Of a stretch of DNA of 64,000 nucleotides, positions 10,024 through 20,267 are shown in pieces (position 1 is the stretch's first letter; the number at the start of each line of letters is the position of its first letter). The translations under genes and the position numbers were made by a program. Source of the DNA: Syntrophales bacterium. GTDB taxonomy: Bacteria > Desulfobacterota > Syntrophia > Syntrophales > UBA2185. The stretch covers positions 3,496 to 67,495 of the forward strand of contig JBEKOL010000014.1 of NCBI GenBank assembly GCA_049521775.1, given 5' to 3'. Under the pieces are notes generated by a model. The model was given only the letters and a program-made list of their open reading frames with translations, searched no databases and was not told the DNA's origin.

Positions 10024-11337
10024 TTACGACTGATCACCTATAACTGCTTTCAGAAGTGTCCCTGTCGCTTTCTTCATCTTCAAAATGGCAACCTGATAAT
10101 TATACACTGCCTCTGAGAGATTCCTTTCTGCTGTGACGAGCAATGTGTTCGCATCCATTACATCGAGGCTCTGCGCCAATCCAAACTCGAACTGCTTCGA
10201 GACCGCATTAAAATTGTCCCTCGCATAGACAACCTGGTCTTCCAGGTATTTGAGCGTTCCCTTCTGCGTTAAAAGGTCGAGATACGCACTTGCGACTTCA
10301 ATTCCCACAGACTTTTTAAAGTCTTCGTACGCAAGCGTAGACTGACGCTCCCGTGCCCGCGCCTCCCTGATGTCCGCCGTTCTGAGTCCCCCCTCAAAGA
10401 AAGGGAAGTTCAATGACAGGAGTCCGTAAGTGCTGTCTCGCACCAGTGTTTGTGTATCCGGCGACTGATCGGAAGATGTATAGACCCCAGAAGCGGAAAC
10501 TGTCGGCCAGAATGCACCCTTTGCATACTTGACCTGGTCTTCCGCCATCTTCTTTTGTACCTCAAGACTCTTGAGATCTGCCCTGCCGGCGTATGCCATC
10601 TCCTCGAAGGAAGATTCAGGTGTAATCTTCATCTCCTCCGGGGGCGCTTCTTTCAGTTGAAAATCTCCTTCGATACCGACCGTACGCGCAAGGACGGCCT
10701 TTGCAAGCTCCAAGGCATTTATTGCCTTAATAGCATCAGATTGAGCGCCGGAAAGTTCCCCCTGGGCGCGAAGCAGCACTGTTTTTGTCACTTCCCCTAC
10801 CTTCAAACGCTTTTCCGCGGCATTTCTATATTTGACAAGCCTCTCCAGATTCGACTCAGCGATGTCGAGAGCTTTCTTTGCCTTCATAACATCATAGTAC
10901 GCAGAGGCGATGCTCAATAGGTAACTTTCCCTCGTGGCATAAAGGTCATGCTGGCTCTTTACAATGTTCGCCCTTGAGATCCCAAGCGCCGTAAACTCTC
11001 TTCCGCTCAACGACACGGATTCATCAGCCCGGACGCCCCAGGAGGTTGCAGTATCCGGCTGAAGAAGCGTGCCGACATCGTTATATCTCTCGGCGCTATA
11101 TTTTGTGTAATTTCCGAACGCCGATAGTTTTGGGAGCAACGCTGACAGGGCTCTATCTTTGCCCGTCTTAGCTATGTTGAGGTCTTCTACCGACAGCTTA
11201 ATCCTCTCAGCACGCTCAAGGGCGATACGATAGAGATCATCAAGAGAATATTCTTTGGCATGCACAGAGATGGGCATGATAGATGCGGTCACGACCAATA
11301 AAATACCGACCACTAAGGAAAGACGCCAATCGTTCAT
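10024..11337 (-). CDS. TolC-family outer membrane efflux protein
   Basis: Signal peptide, two OEP repeats (ALLPKLS; FWPTVS...FPFFEGG), in operon with MFP/RND. Confidence 0.92.
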   Translation of the reverse strand: MNDWRLSLVVGILLVVTASIMPISVHAKEYSLDDLYRIALERAERIKLSVEDLNIAKTGKDRALSALLPKLSAFGNYTKYSAERYNDVGTLLQPDTATSWGVRADESVSLSGREFTALGISRANIVKSQHDLYATRESYLLSIASAYYDVMKAKKALDIAESNLERLVKYRNAAEKRLKVGEVTKTVLLRAQGELSGAQSDAIKAINALELAKAVLARTVGIEGDFQLKEAPPEEMKITPESSFEEMAYAGRADLKSLEVQKKMAEDQVKYAKGAFWPTVSASGVYTSSDQSPDTQTLVRDSTYGLLSLNFPFFEGGLRTADIREARARERQSTLAYEDFKKSVGIEVASAYLDLLTQKGTLKYLEDQVVYARDNFNAVSKQFEFGLAQSLDVMDANTLLVTAERNLSEAVYNYQVAILKMKKATGTLLKAVIGDQS

Positions 11338-11957
11338 TCCGTCAACTCCAGACCCACCCCTTTGAGAAAGATGTCCGAGACACAGCCCACTTTATCACTC
11401 AAAGGAGCATCCTGATTTGTAAGCATCCAGTAATAAAAGAATGACCGGATGATGCCCAAAAGCGTATAAGCCATCATGCGCGGATCTCCGCTCTTCAGGG
11501 TTCTTGTCTCCATCCCGAAGCGCATGATGCTTTCCACAAAAGAGATATGGTTAAAATAGTCCGCTATAAGTTTATCCCTCAAAATCGTCCCCTTATCCGA
11601 GAGACTCAAACCTTCGCCGCGTATTAGAAGGTCGCAGAAATCGACGTTGTTTTCTACGAAGTGAAAATGTGATTCCACCAGCTTCTCGATCTTATCTGTC
11701 AGTTTTTCTTCCCTGTTTGCAGCGATCCTGATTTCGGAATACATCCTGTCAATCTTCTCGCTTACCATGACATTGTATAGACTTTCCTTGCCCTCAAAAA
11801 ATTGATACAACGTGCCCGTGGCAAAACCGGATGCGTTGGCAATCTCTGCCATGGTGGCATTATGGAATCCCTTTGCAGCAAATATCCTCTCTGCCTGATT
11901 AAGAATTTCAGTCCTGCGGAACTGAAATTCCATTTCTTTTCTTTTTAATTTTTCCAT
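11334..11957 (-). CDS. TetR/AcrR-family regulator of the efflux operon
   Basis: HTH: ILNQAERIFAAKGFHNATMAEIANASGFATGTLYQFFEGK; ATGA overlap with the TolC gene. Confidence 0.93.
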   Translation of the reverse strand: MEKLKRKEMEFQFRRTEILNQAERIFAAKGFHNATMAEIANASGFATGTLYQFFEGKESLYNVMVSEKIDRMYSEIRIAANREEKLTDKIEKLVESHFHFVENNVDFCDLLIRGEGLSLSDKGTILRDKLIADYFNHISFVESIMRFGMETRTLKSGDPRMMAYTLLGIIRSFFYYWMLTNQDAPLSDKVGCVSDIFLKGVGLELTE

Positions 11958-11983
11958 GTTCGGGCCGTTGTTCAAAATATAGA

Positions 11984-11995
11984 ATGACCGTTCAT
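11984..11995. promoter_or_regulatory. Probable TetR operator (near-palindrome)
   Basis: ATGACCGTTCAT just upstream of the tetR start; autoregulation is inferred. Confidence 0.45.
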
Positions 11996-12184
11996 ATTAT
12001 GAATTGCCGCTCACAATGATACTAATTGCCTGTCATGTCAAGAAAAATTATCTATTTATAACATCACAAATTTGCAAAGGACTTCTATTTTTGCTAAGAG
12101 AAATATTGCAAGAGGGCTCGGGCAAGACAAAGGGCAAGAACAGTCCAGAATATCGGGATTTCATAAATCACTGTAAGCGGAAAA

Positions 12185-13138
12185 ATGAAAAAGACGTTTT
12201 TAACCATCTTGACAATTACGATTTTGACATTCTTGTTTTTTCCATCCTGTCAGAAAAATGAAAAGATGACGGTGGCAGAGAAAAAGCTCAAGGTGGTGAC
12301 TACCCTTTTCCCACTCTATGATTTTGCAAGACAGATCGGGCGTGAAAAGATACAAGTAAACTTACTGCTGCCGCCGGGGGTCGAAGCTCATGCTTTTGAG
12401 CCGAGGCCTGCTGACATAAAACGAATCCAGAATTCGGACATCTTTCTTTTTACCAACAAATTTATGGAGCCCTGGATTGGCGGCCTGTTAAAAGGCATCG
12501 ATACCAGAAGCCTCACCGTTGTCGACACAAGCCAAGGCATCACCTTATTGCAAAGAACGGATAATCATGGCGATGAGGAACACGCCCGTGCAGACGATTC
12601 AGGGAATGCTGATCCCCATATCTGGCTTGATCTTTCCAATGCAATGAAAATGGTTGATACGATTGCATCTCAGTTTATTGCCAAAGATCCTCGGAATAAG
12701 GATTTCTATTCGAAAAACGCCGATGAATACAAGAAAAAGCTTGAGGAGCTCGACAAAAAGTATAAGAATACACTGTCGCATTGCAGAAAAGAAGTGATTG
12801 TCCATGCGGGGCATTTCGCTTTCGGTTATCTCACAAAACGGTATGGCATTACGTATGTATCTGCGTATAGAGGTTTTTCTCCTGATGCTGAGCCAATGCC
12901 CAAGAGACTTGTTGAAATCACCAAGAGTGTAAGAAAGTACGGTGTCAAATACATATATTATGAAGAGCTGGCAGCACCAAGAATCGCCGATGTCATTGCG
13001 AAGGAGACGGGGTGCGGCTTGCTGATGCTTCATGGCGCCCATAATGTGACCAGAGAAGAAATGGAAAATGGGGTTACATTTACTTCGCTGATGGAAGAGA
13101 ATTTGGGAAACCTTAAGGCGGGATTAGAATGCCGGTAG
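12185..13138 (+). CDS. znuA: Zn/Mn ABC transporter substrate-binding lipoprotein
   Basis: Lipoprotein signal, EAHAFEP, DPHIWL, H.AFGYL, AEP. Confidence 0.9.
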   Translation: MKKTFLTILTITILTFLFFPSCQKNEKMTVAEKKLKVVTTLFPLYDFARQIGREKIQVNLLLPPGVEAHAFEPRPADIKRIQNSDIFLFTNKFMEPWIGGLLKGIDTRSLTVVDTSQGITLLQRTDNHGDEEHARADDSGNADPHIWLDLSNAMKMVDTIASQFIAKDPRNKDFYSKNADEYKKKLEELDKKYKNTLSHCRKEVIVHAGHFAFGYLTKRYGITYVSAYRGFSPDAEPMPKRLVEITKSVRKYGVKYIYYEELAAPRIADVIAKETGCGLLMLHGAHNVTREEMENGVTFTSLMEENLGNLKAGLECR

Positions 13139-13923
13139 ATATACTCACTGTTGAAGATCTTTGCTTTCGGTATAATTCGTCAGATGTACTGAACGGCATT
13201 TCATTTTCGATTATGAAAGGCGACTATATAGGCCTCGTCGGACCCAACGGTTCGGGAAAGACAACCCTAATAAAGGTAATGCTTGGCCTGTTAAAACCGT
13301 ACAGCGGCCGGATTACACTATTTGGCGATGACATTGCCTCATTTTCCCGATGGGATAAGGTAGGGTATCTACCGCAACACATTTCCGCATTGAATCCCCG
13401 TTTCCCTGCTACAGTCGGTGAGATTGTCGCGATGGGGCTCCTTTCCAAAAAGAGTTTCCCCAAGCACATGAACATATCCGACCATGCAAGAGTCGATAAT
13501 ATACTCGACCTCCTCGATATGAAGAAGCTCAAGAATGCTCCGGTGGGTGAACTTTCGGGAGGCCAGCAACAGAGGGTCCTCGTTGCCAGGGCTATCGTAA
13601 ATGATCCTGAATTCCTCATTGTCGATGAACCAACAGATGCATTAGATCCGGAAACGAGGGATCGTTTTTTCGAAATCATGCAGAGCCTGAATAAGGAGAA
13701 GAAGGTCGCCATTGTGATTGTCACCCATGACACGGGCAACATAGGAAAATATACCTCGAAGCTCCTCTATGTTGACAAGAAGATTATTTTTTACGGAAGC
13801 TTCGAAGATTTTTGTGAATCCCGCGAGATCACCCAATTCTTTGGAGAGTTCGCACAGCACGTCATCTGCCATAGACATAATCAGAACCTCGATTGTTCCT
13901 CCGGTGACCATGGAACTGACTGA
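13129..13923 (+). CDS. znuC: Zn/Mn ABC transporter ATPase
   Basis: GPNGSGKT, LSGGQQQR, VDEP, C-terminal HVICHRH. Confidence 0.92.
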   Translation: MPVDILTVEDLCFRYNSSDVLNGISFSIMKGDYIGLVGPNGSGKTTLIKVMLGLLKPYSGRITLFGDDIASFSRWDKVGYLPQHISALNPRFPATVGEIVAMGLLSKKSFPKHMNISDHARVDNILDLLDMKKLKNAPVGELSGGQQQRVLVARAIVNDPEFLIVDEPTDALDPETRDRFFEIMQSLNKEKKVAIVIVTHDTGNIGKYTSKLLYVDKKIIFYGSFEDFCESREITQFFGEFAQHVICHRHNQNLDCSSGDHGTD

Positions 13924-14722
13924 ATTCTTTCGATACGGATTTCTTCAGCGGGCGCTAATTGCCGGTTCGTTTATAGGGATTCTCTGCTCCACGCTGGGCG
14001 TTTTTTTGGTACTGAGAAGATTTTCCCTCATAGGTGACGGCCTTGCCCATGCAACGTTCGGCAGTGTGGCACTGGCGCTGCTTCTCAAGATGTCGCCGCT
14101 ATATGTATCAATACCCATTGTCATGATATGTTCCGTTGGCATTCTCAGGCTGACCGAAAGGGCGAGACTTTACGGAGATGCCGCCATCGGCGTTGTCTCT
14201 TCACTGGGCATTGCAGGAGGAGTCATGTTATCGAGTCTTGCCGGCGGCTTTAATATCGATCTGTTCAGCTATCTATTCGGCAGCATCCTGTCAATCAGCG
14301 AATCAGAAGTCTTCATTTCCATCGGACTTTCCATATTTGTTATCCTGATGATCATCCTTTATTACAATGAGCTTTTGTCCATAACCTTTGACGAAGACTC
14401 GGCAAAGGCCTCCGGCATAAAGACGGAATCGATCAATACGATGTTTGTTCTTCTCACCGCAGTGACAGTCGTCTTATCCATGAAAGTCGTGGGTATCATG
14501 CTCATCTCCGCATTACTTATATTCCCCGCGGTAACTGCACTCCAGATCGCAAAAAGCTTTAAAGCGGTAATGTTTACCGCCTCGTTATCGGCTATGGTCT
14601 CAGTAGTCTCGGGAATTCTCGTCTCCTTTTCCCTTGATCTCCCAACTGGTGCAACGATTGTCCTGATAAATTTCATTTTTTTCCTCACGGGTCTCACTTA
14701 TAGAAGAATAATCAAAGCGTGA
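13910..14722 (+). CDS. znuB: Zn/Mn ABC transporter permease
   Basis: ABC-3 motifs GDGLAH, SYLFGSIL, KVVG.MLISALLI.P; true start is ATG 13910, not the track's 13769. Confidence 0.92.
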   Translation: MELTEFFRYGFLQRALIAGSFIGILCSTLGVFLVLRRFSLIGDGLAHATFGSVALALLLKMSPLYVSIPIVMICSVGILRLTERARLYGDAAIGVVSSLGIAGGVMLSSLAGGFNIDLFSYLFGSILSISESEVFISIGLSIFVILMIILYYNELLSITFDEDSAKASGIKTESINTMFVLLTAVTVVLSMKVVGIMLISALLIFPAVTALQIAKSFKAVMFTASLSAMVSVVSGILVSFSLDLPTGATIVLINFIFFLTGLTYRRIIKA

Positions 14723-14737
14723 AACTAGTGGAGTTGT

Positions 14738-15649
14738 GTGGTGGCTAAAGTCAGAGCCCTTCTACATAATCGAAATTTCATCTTGCTGGCGGCCATAATA
14801 GCCGGTCTGCTCTTTGATGATGCGGCGCAATGGACGAGAGTGCTGGTGCTGCCGACTTTAACTCTCATTTTAACATTGGCCATGACAGATTTGTCAGTCA
14901 AAGTTCATGAATACCGGAAGCCTCCTTTAATTCCTGCCCTTGTCGGCGTATTCATGAGCTATGTAATACTGGGAAACTTCATTGTCGGCTTGAGCGCTTT
15001 CTTGATCCATGATGAAAGACTGTGGATCGGGCTCATCATCATGGCGGCCGTTCCCCCTGCCGTGGCCGTAACCCCTTTGGCCAATTTTTGGAGAGGAAGC
15101 GAAATCAACGCTGTCATCGGTACCATAGGGGCTTATATTGGCGCCCTTGCCATAATTCCCGTAATAGCCTTTGGCCTTATGGACATGCACTCCATCGACA
15201 TAACCAAGCTCAGCGTAGTGGCAACTGTATTGATTTTACTCCCCCTCCTACTTTCCAAAATCATCGTGAAGGGAGGGTTGCATGGCAAAATAGAGCCTAT
15301 CAAAGGAGTTCTCGCCAAGTGGTGCTTTTTCCTGATTCTTTATACGATTGTGGCATTGAATCGAGAAACAATTATAGGGCAGCCATCTTCACTCTTTCCC
15401 GTCGCTGCAATCGCCCTGTCAAGCACATTCTTGTTGGGGTTCTTGATAGAATTGATCGGTACGCTGCTTCGCATAAGTAAGGAGAAACTGGCCAGCCTCT
15501 GTCTGCTTGGCACTCTTAAGAACTATGCGCTCGCTGCCGGTTTAGCATTATCTCTTTTCAGTAAGGAAACAGCCCTGCCGGCAGCGGTATTCATGATTTT
15601 TATGATGATTTACATCGCGTGGCTGGATTTCAAATTGCGATGGGCATGA
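14738..15649 (+). CDS. Bile acid:Na+ symporter (BASS/SBF) family membrane protein
   Basis: About 10 TMs, AAVPPAVA, GTLKNYALA. Confidence 0.7.
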   Translation: MVAKVRALLHNRNFILLAAIIAGLLFDDAAQWTRVLVLPTLTLILTLAMTDLSVKVHEYRKPPLIPALVGVFMSYVILGNFIVGLSAFLIHDERLWIGLIIMAAVPPAVAVTPLANFWRGSEINAVIGTIGAYIGALAIIPVIAFGLMDMHSIDITKLSVVATVLILLPLLLSKIIVKGGLHGKIEPIKGVLAKWCFFLILYTIVALNRETIIGQPSSLFPVAAIALSSTFLLGFLIELIGTLLRISKEKLASLCLLGTLKNYALAAGLALSLFSKETALPAAVFMIFMMIYIAWLDFKLRWA

Positions 15650-15821
15650 ACCATTCATTTAATATCAGCGAGAGAAACACGCCTCTGCCGCTCGAATTGA
15701 TATGATTCTGACCTTCAACGTCATCTATATCCCCGAAGTTGGTTAATTTTTTCCATAGTCGCTACTTGCGCGGGCAGACCCGGATGTGCTATGATCTACA
15801 TAAAAAAAGGAGGATAGCACT

Positions 15822-16415
15822 ATGGCTATTCAATTACCCGATCTGTCCTACCCAAAGGACGGACTCGCACCATTCATCAGCGCGAACACTCTGGAGTTTC
15901 ATCACGGAAAGCATCACAGGGCATATGTTGATAACACGAATAAACTGATAGCGGGAACGGATCTCGCTAACGAGTCGTTGGAAACTATTATCAAGAAGAC
16001 CGTAGGCGATGCGGCCAAAAGCGGCCTCTTCAATAATGCGGCGCAGGTCTGGAACCATTCCTTCTACTGGCAGTGCATGAAGCCGAACGGAGGCGGCAAA
16101 CCTGCCGGAAAGGTCGCCGACAAGATCAATGAGGCCTGGGGAAGTTTTGATAAATTCGAAGATGAATTAAAGAACGCGGGAGTCACCCAGTTTGGCAGCG
16201 GCTGGGCCTGGCTGGTACTCGACGGGGGCAAATTGAAAGTGATAAAAACAGCCAATGCCGACACGCCTATTGCCCATGGACTAAAACCGCTGCTCACCGT
16301 CGATGTCTGGGAACATGCATATTATCTTGACTACCAGAACAGGAGGCCGGATTATCTGGCAACATTTATTGAGAAGCTGATCAACTGGGATTTCGTCAAG
16401 GCTAATCTGGGCTGA
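15822..16415 (+). CDS. sodB: Fe-superoxide dismutase
   Basis: HHGKHH, FNNAAQVWNH, QFGSGWAWL, DVWEHAYY; AGGAGG RBS. Confidence 0.95.
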   Translation: MAIQLPDLSYPKDGLAPFISANTLEFHHGKHHRAYVDNTNKLIAGTDLANESLETIIKKTVGDAAKSGLFNNAAQVWNHSFYWQCMKPNGGGKPAGKVADKINEAWGSFDKFEDELKNAGVTQFGSGWAWLVLDGGKLKVIKTANADTPIAHGLKPLLTVDVWEHAYYLDYQNRRPDYLATFIEKLINWDFVKANLG

Positions 16416-16447
16416 TTTACCTGAAAGATGTAAGAACAAAAATTGTC

Positions 16448-17121
16448 GTGAGCATATCCTCCCATATGCCTCACTATAAGGATCATCGTCAATACCTGAA
16501 GAAGAAATTTTCCGAATCAGGTGTTGCTGCGTTCCACGGCTATGAGGTCTTGGAACTGCTCTTATCATATGCCATCCCTCGGAAAAATGTCAAACCCCTG
16601 GCAAAGGTACTCCTCACTAATTTCGGCTCTCTCAAGTGAATCATGGATGCAGAGAAAAAAAGCTTGGAGAATGTCGAAGATGTCGGCGCGCATACTGCAA
16701 TCCTGACAAGACTCATAAAGGAAACGGAGATACTGTACCCCAAAGAGAAGGCAAAGGAGAAACCGCAAATAACCTGTACGAGCGAGCTACTCGATTATTG
16801 TAAGACCCGCATGGGCGGTCTCAAGGATGAGCGATTTTGCGTCATATACCTGAATGCACAAAACAGGATGACGGATATTGAGACTATCCAGGATGGCATT
16901 GTGAACCAAGCTGTCGTCTACCCGGGGAAGGTCCTGGAAAACGCCCTAAAACAAAAGGCGTCCACAATAACACCTCGGGACACGTGACGCCATCGGATGC
17001 GGACATTCGCTTGACGAAGACAATCCAAGAAAACGCGAGGATGTTGGACATTATTGTCCACAATCACGTCATCATCGGTGAAAACAGATTTTTCAGCTTT
17101 CGTGAAGAGGATTTGATCTAA
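16448..17121 (+). pseudogene. radC: RadC/JAB-domain pseudogene
   Basis: YEVLELLLSYAIPRKNVKPLAK..., in-frame TGA at 16637-16639, frameshifting deletion near 16960, C-terminus VHNNTSGHVTPSDAD...HNHVIIGENRFFSFREE*. Confidence 0.9.
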
Positions 17122-17122
17122 T

Positions 17123-17956
17123 TCAGAACGGTACGGGTGTGAAGGTCATAACGAAGACAGCTATCGTGAGCCAGCCGATGACTTTCCTTTTTCTATCGAG
17201 AGGGATCCAGTCATAAATAACCGGCGGGTGATATATTCCCATAAAAAACATGATGCCTGCCCACACAAGCCAGCCGACCCAGCCGGTTGCCCCGAGTATA
17301 ACAAGAATGACAAGCGCCGCCTTTGCTACAATGCCCTGTTTAGGGCCGATGACTGCATAGGCCACGTGCCCCCCGTCAAGCTGGCCCACAGGTAAGAGAT
17401 TCAAAGAGGTAACCAGCAATCCAATCCAGCCGGAAAATCCTATAGGATGAAGAATGATATTGGCATTGTCCGGCAAAGAGCCGTGAACTATCCAGTTCAT
17501 AATTGAGAAAAGCATGGATGAGCCCAGACTGAAGCCCGTCTCAACTGTTTCATACCTGACCTCTGATAGAGAAAGGCCGACCAGTAGAACCGGTACAGTT
17601 ACGCACAATCCCGCCAGAGGTCCTGCCGCACCAACATCTAAAAGGATTCGGCGATCCATGATTGGTGATTTCATTTTGATGAACGCCCCGAAAGTGCCGA
17701 CAAGCGAAGGCGCCGGTATGAAATATGGAAGGGTTACATCGATATGGTGTTTCCTTGACATGAAATAGTGGCCGAACTCATGGGCGCCAAGGATGAGCAA
17801 GAGTGTAAATGAAAACGGTATCCCCTTCCACAGGAGCGACGGGTTTTCGATCGGGTTGATATTCTGCTGCAGTGTACCCGCAATGAGGGTACAAAAAAGA
17901 GTTACCAGAAAAAGACCGATATGAAGAACAGGCAATCTCCGCATAATTTCTTTCAT
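17123..17956 (-). CDS. Site-2 protease (M50 intramembrane metalloprotease)
   Basis: HEFGH, AAGP, NLLPVGQLDGGH; start uncertain (17944 or 17956). Confidence 0.92.
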   Translation of the reverse strand: MKEIMRRLPVLHIGLFLVTLFCTLIAGTLQQNINPIENPSLLWKGIPFSFTLLLILGAHEFGHYFMSRKHHIDVTLPYFIPAPSLVGTFGAFIKMKSPIMDRRILLDVGAAGPLAGLCVTVPVLLVGLSLSEVRYETVETGFSLGSSMLFSIMNWIVHGSLPDNANIILHPIGFSGWIGLLVTSLNLLPVGQLDGGHVAYAVIGPKQGIVAKAALVILVILGATGWVGWLVWAGIMFFMGIYHPPVIYDWIPLDRKRKVIGWLTIAVFVMTFTPVPF

Positions 17957-18121
17957 ATGCTGAATTAGTCGAGGGCTGATTATTGAAGGTACCAATCTTC
18001 TTTAAAAAGCACCCCCCAAGCATGGGCCTGTCGCAATGGCCTTATCGGCAACCGCCTTTCAGCCATCGAGGAGGGACAGGAGGAACGCGAGTTCACGCTC
18101 CGGCAAATAAGAGAGAACTCT

Positions 18122-18150
18122 AAAAAAAAGGGGCCATAAAATGACCCCTT
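18122..18150 (-). terminator. Intrinsic terminator after ihfB
   Basis: Minus strand AAGGGGTCAT-TTT-ATGGCCCC-TTTTTTT. Confidence 0.85.
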
Positions 18151-18213
18151 ACGCTTCAGCCTTGATATTTGTGAGCTACTAATCTTATGGTTTATCTGGA
18201 CGGTACGAACAAT

Positions 18214-18495
18214 CTACTTCTTAGCATCAACTTTAGCTTTAAGTTCTTTACCTACTTTGAAGAAGGGCAGTTTCTTCGGCGATACCATTATATTCTTCCC
18301 CGTCTTGGGATTCCTGCCGGTATAGGCCGTATAATTTCTTACCACAAAACTGCCAAAGCCCCTGATCTCAATCCTGCCGCCTTTTTTCAGCTCGTCAGTA
18401 AAACCCTTAAAGACCAGATTAACGACATCAATTGCTTTCTTCTCCGTCAGGTTCTCTTTCCCACTTAATGCCTCAATGAGTCCAGACTTGTTCAT
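18214..18495 (-). CDS. ihfB: Integration host factor beta-like subunit
   Basis: RIEIRGFGSF, GRNPKTG, KKLPFFKVGKELK; AAGGAGGAGG RBS. Confidence 0.88.
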   Translation of the reverse strand: MNKSGLIEALSGKENLTEKKAIDVVNLVFKGFTDELKKGGRIEIRGFGSFVVRNYTAYTGRNPKTGKNIMVSPKKLPFFKVGKELKAKVDAKK

Positions 18496-18597
18496 ACCTC
18501 CTCCTTCATACGATTCACGTCACAGCAATTCCTGGTAAATGTGCTGTCTGAATGGCTCATTTCAAAATAACATGATAATTTATATGTATATTTTGGG

Positions 18598-18626
18598 ACT
18601 ATGATTTATTTTCGTTTTAATGTCAA
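18598..18626 (-). promoter_or_regulatory. Sigma70-type promoter for ihfB
   Basis: TTGACA-17 nt-CATAGT. Confidence 0.5.
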
Positions 18627-18671
18627 GACAAATTTTCTTTCGAAATTAGTGGCCTCGAAAGGAACATATAT

Positions 18672-19388
18672 CTATGAGAATGATAATAAATGCTGGACTT
18701 CTTTCTTGGTCAGGTGCCTGAATGCTCCTGCTTTCATATTGCCCAAACTTATATCTGCAATCGCCGTCCGGATTAGTCTGACAACCGGGTGGTCCAGCGA
18801 ATCCAGTCCCCTGCGAATCACCCTGTTTCTGCCCTCTGCAATTGTCAGGGTGAGCCAACTGCTCTTTTTGTTTATTCTCTCAATTTGCAGATTCTCCGGT
18901 TTAAAAATTCCATCGCTCAGCCTTATGCCTTCTGATAATGCACGAACGTCGCTCTTCGTCAGATTCCCTTCAATCTTTACCATGTAAGTCTTGCGAAGCC
19001 TAAACCGGGGATGCTGCACTCTTTGGGAAAAATCACCGTCATTGGTCAAGAGTAACAGGCCTTCAGAATCATAGTCCAGCCGACCAACAGGAAAAATCCT
19101 TTCCGATATGCCGGAAAGCAAGTCCGTAACGACTGCCCGCTTCTCCGGATCATGGAGTGTCGTCACACACCCTCTGGGTTTATGGAGCATCAGGTAGATT
19201 TTGGATACTTCCGGCAATATCAACTTGCCGTCAACCCGGATCTCATCTGCACTGATATCGGCCTTAGCGCCAAGCCGCCTTACTACGGCATTATTTACAG
19301 TTACCCTGCCCTCGACGATCATTTTTTCTGCTACTCGCCTTGATGAAATCCCCGAGGCGGCTATGATCTTTTGAAGACGCTCCATCAT
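18672..19388 (-). CDS. rluB: 23S rRNA pseudouridine synthase, RluB/RsuA family
   Basis: S4 domain ERLQKIIA..G.SSRR; catalytic GRLDYDSEGLLLLTNDG; EGRNR. Confidence 0.9.
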   Translation of the reverse strand: MMERLQKIIAASGISSRRVAEKMIVEGRVTVNNAVVRRLGAKADISADEIRVDGKLILPEVSKIYLMLHKPRGCVTTLHDPEKRAVVTDLLSGISERIFPVGRLDYDSEGLLLLTNDGDFSQRVQHPRFRLRKTYMVKIEGNLTKSDVRALSEGIRLSDGIFKPENLQIERINKKSSWLTLTIAEGRNRVIRRGLDSLDHPVVRLIRTAIADISLGNMKAGAFRHLTKKEVQHLLSFS

Positions 19389-19523
19389 GCAATCCCCAAA
19401 CAAATCCGAAATTGAAGCTCTCCACAGCAAGCTGTTGAAAATCTTCGATTTTTAAGGAGCAGTATCGTTCAGCATGCGCTCGCTACCGAATTCAAATATT
19501 AAAATCACGAGACTTTCGGACAA

Positions 19524-20096
19524 TCAGTTTTCCACATTATCTGGTATTTGGGATTCAGCGCCAAGGGCCTCCATTCCATCATGCAAATCATTCAATTCCT
19601 TCAGGGTCGGCAGTTCCGAGAGGTCCTTCAAGCTGAATATTTCAAGAAACTTTTTTGTCGTACCGTACATGATGGGTTTGCCCGGAACATCCTTTCGTCC
19701 CATAATTCTCACAAGTTTTTTATCCAGTAATCCTTTCAACGAGCTGCCGACGTCCACACCGCGGATCCTGTCTATTTCCGATTTCACCACGGGCTGTTTG
19801 TATGCAACAACAGCAAGGGTTTCCATAGCGGCATTCGTCAGCATCGCCTGTTTCGCCTTCATCAATTTATTGATCCATAAACTCAATTCTGACCTTGTCC
19901 TGAAGTGAAGACCCCCGGCAACCTCCTGAAGGAGAAAACCGCCTTGCCTCTTTTCATATTCATTAATCAGATCTTGCACTAGGCGAGCGATTTCACTTCT
20001 ATCAACTTCACGTAAAACTTCTCTAATCTTATCTACAGTAAGTGGAGATTCTGATGCGAAAATGATAGCCTCTATTATTGCCTTTGTCTCTTCCAT
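19524..20096 (-). CDS. scpB: SMC-Scp complex subunit ScpB
   Basis: IIEAIIFAS, METLAVVAYKQPV, IRGVD, YGTTKKFL. Confidence 0.95.
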   Translation of the reverse strand: MEETKAIIEAIIFASESPLTVDKIREVLREVDRSEIARLVQDLINEYEKRQGGFLLQEVAGGLHFRTRSELSLWINKLMKAKQAMLTNAAMETLAVVAYKQPVVKSEIDRIRGVDVGSSLKGLLDKKLVRIMGRKDVPGKPIMYGTTKKFLEIFSLKDLSELPTLKELNDLHDGMEALGAESQIPDNVEN

Positions 20097-20267
20097 CTGC
20101 AGTAACCTCTAAAAAGTGGCAAACAGTCTATACATGGAAAGCTTCACAAATAAGTTCCGCAAGCATGATGCGTAAATCGCCACACCCTACGAAACCTGAG
20201 AATGAAGCGCAACTTGAGCCCTAACCTCGTCCTGCACAGGCACGGTGATCTTTTAGCTAGTCCCCAT

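Noticed and set aside
12040..12184. Zur operator upstream of znuACB
   Set aside because: TTGCA half-sites are present but no convincing palindrome could be assigned
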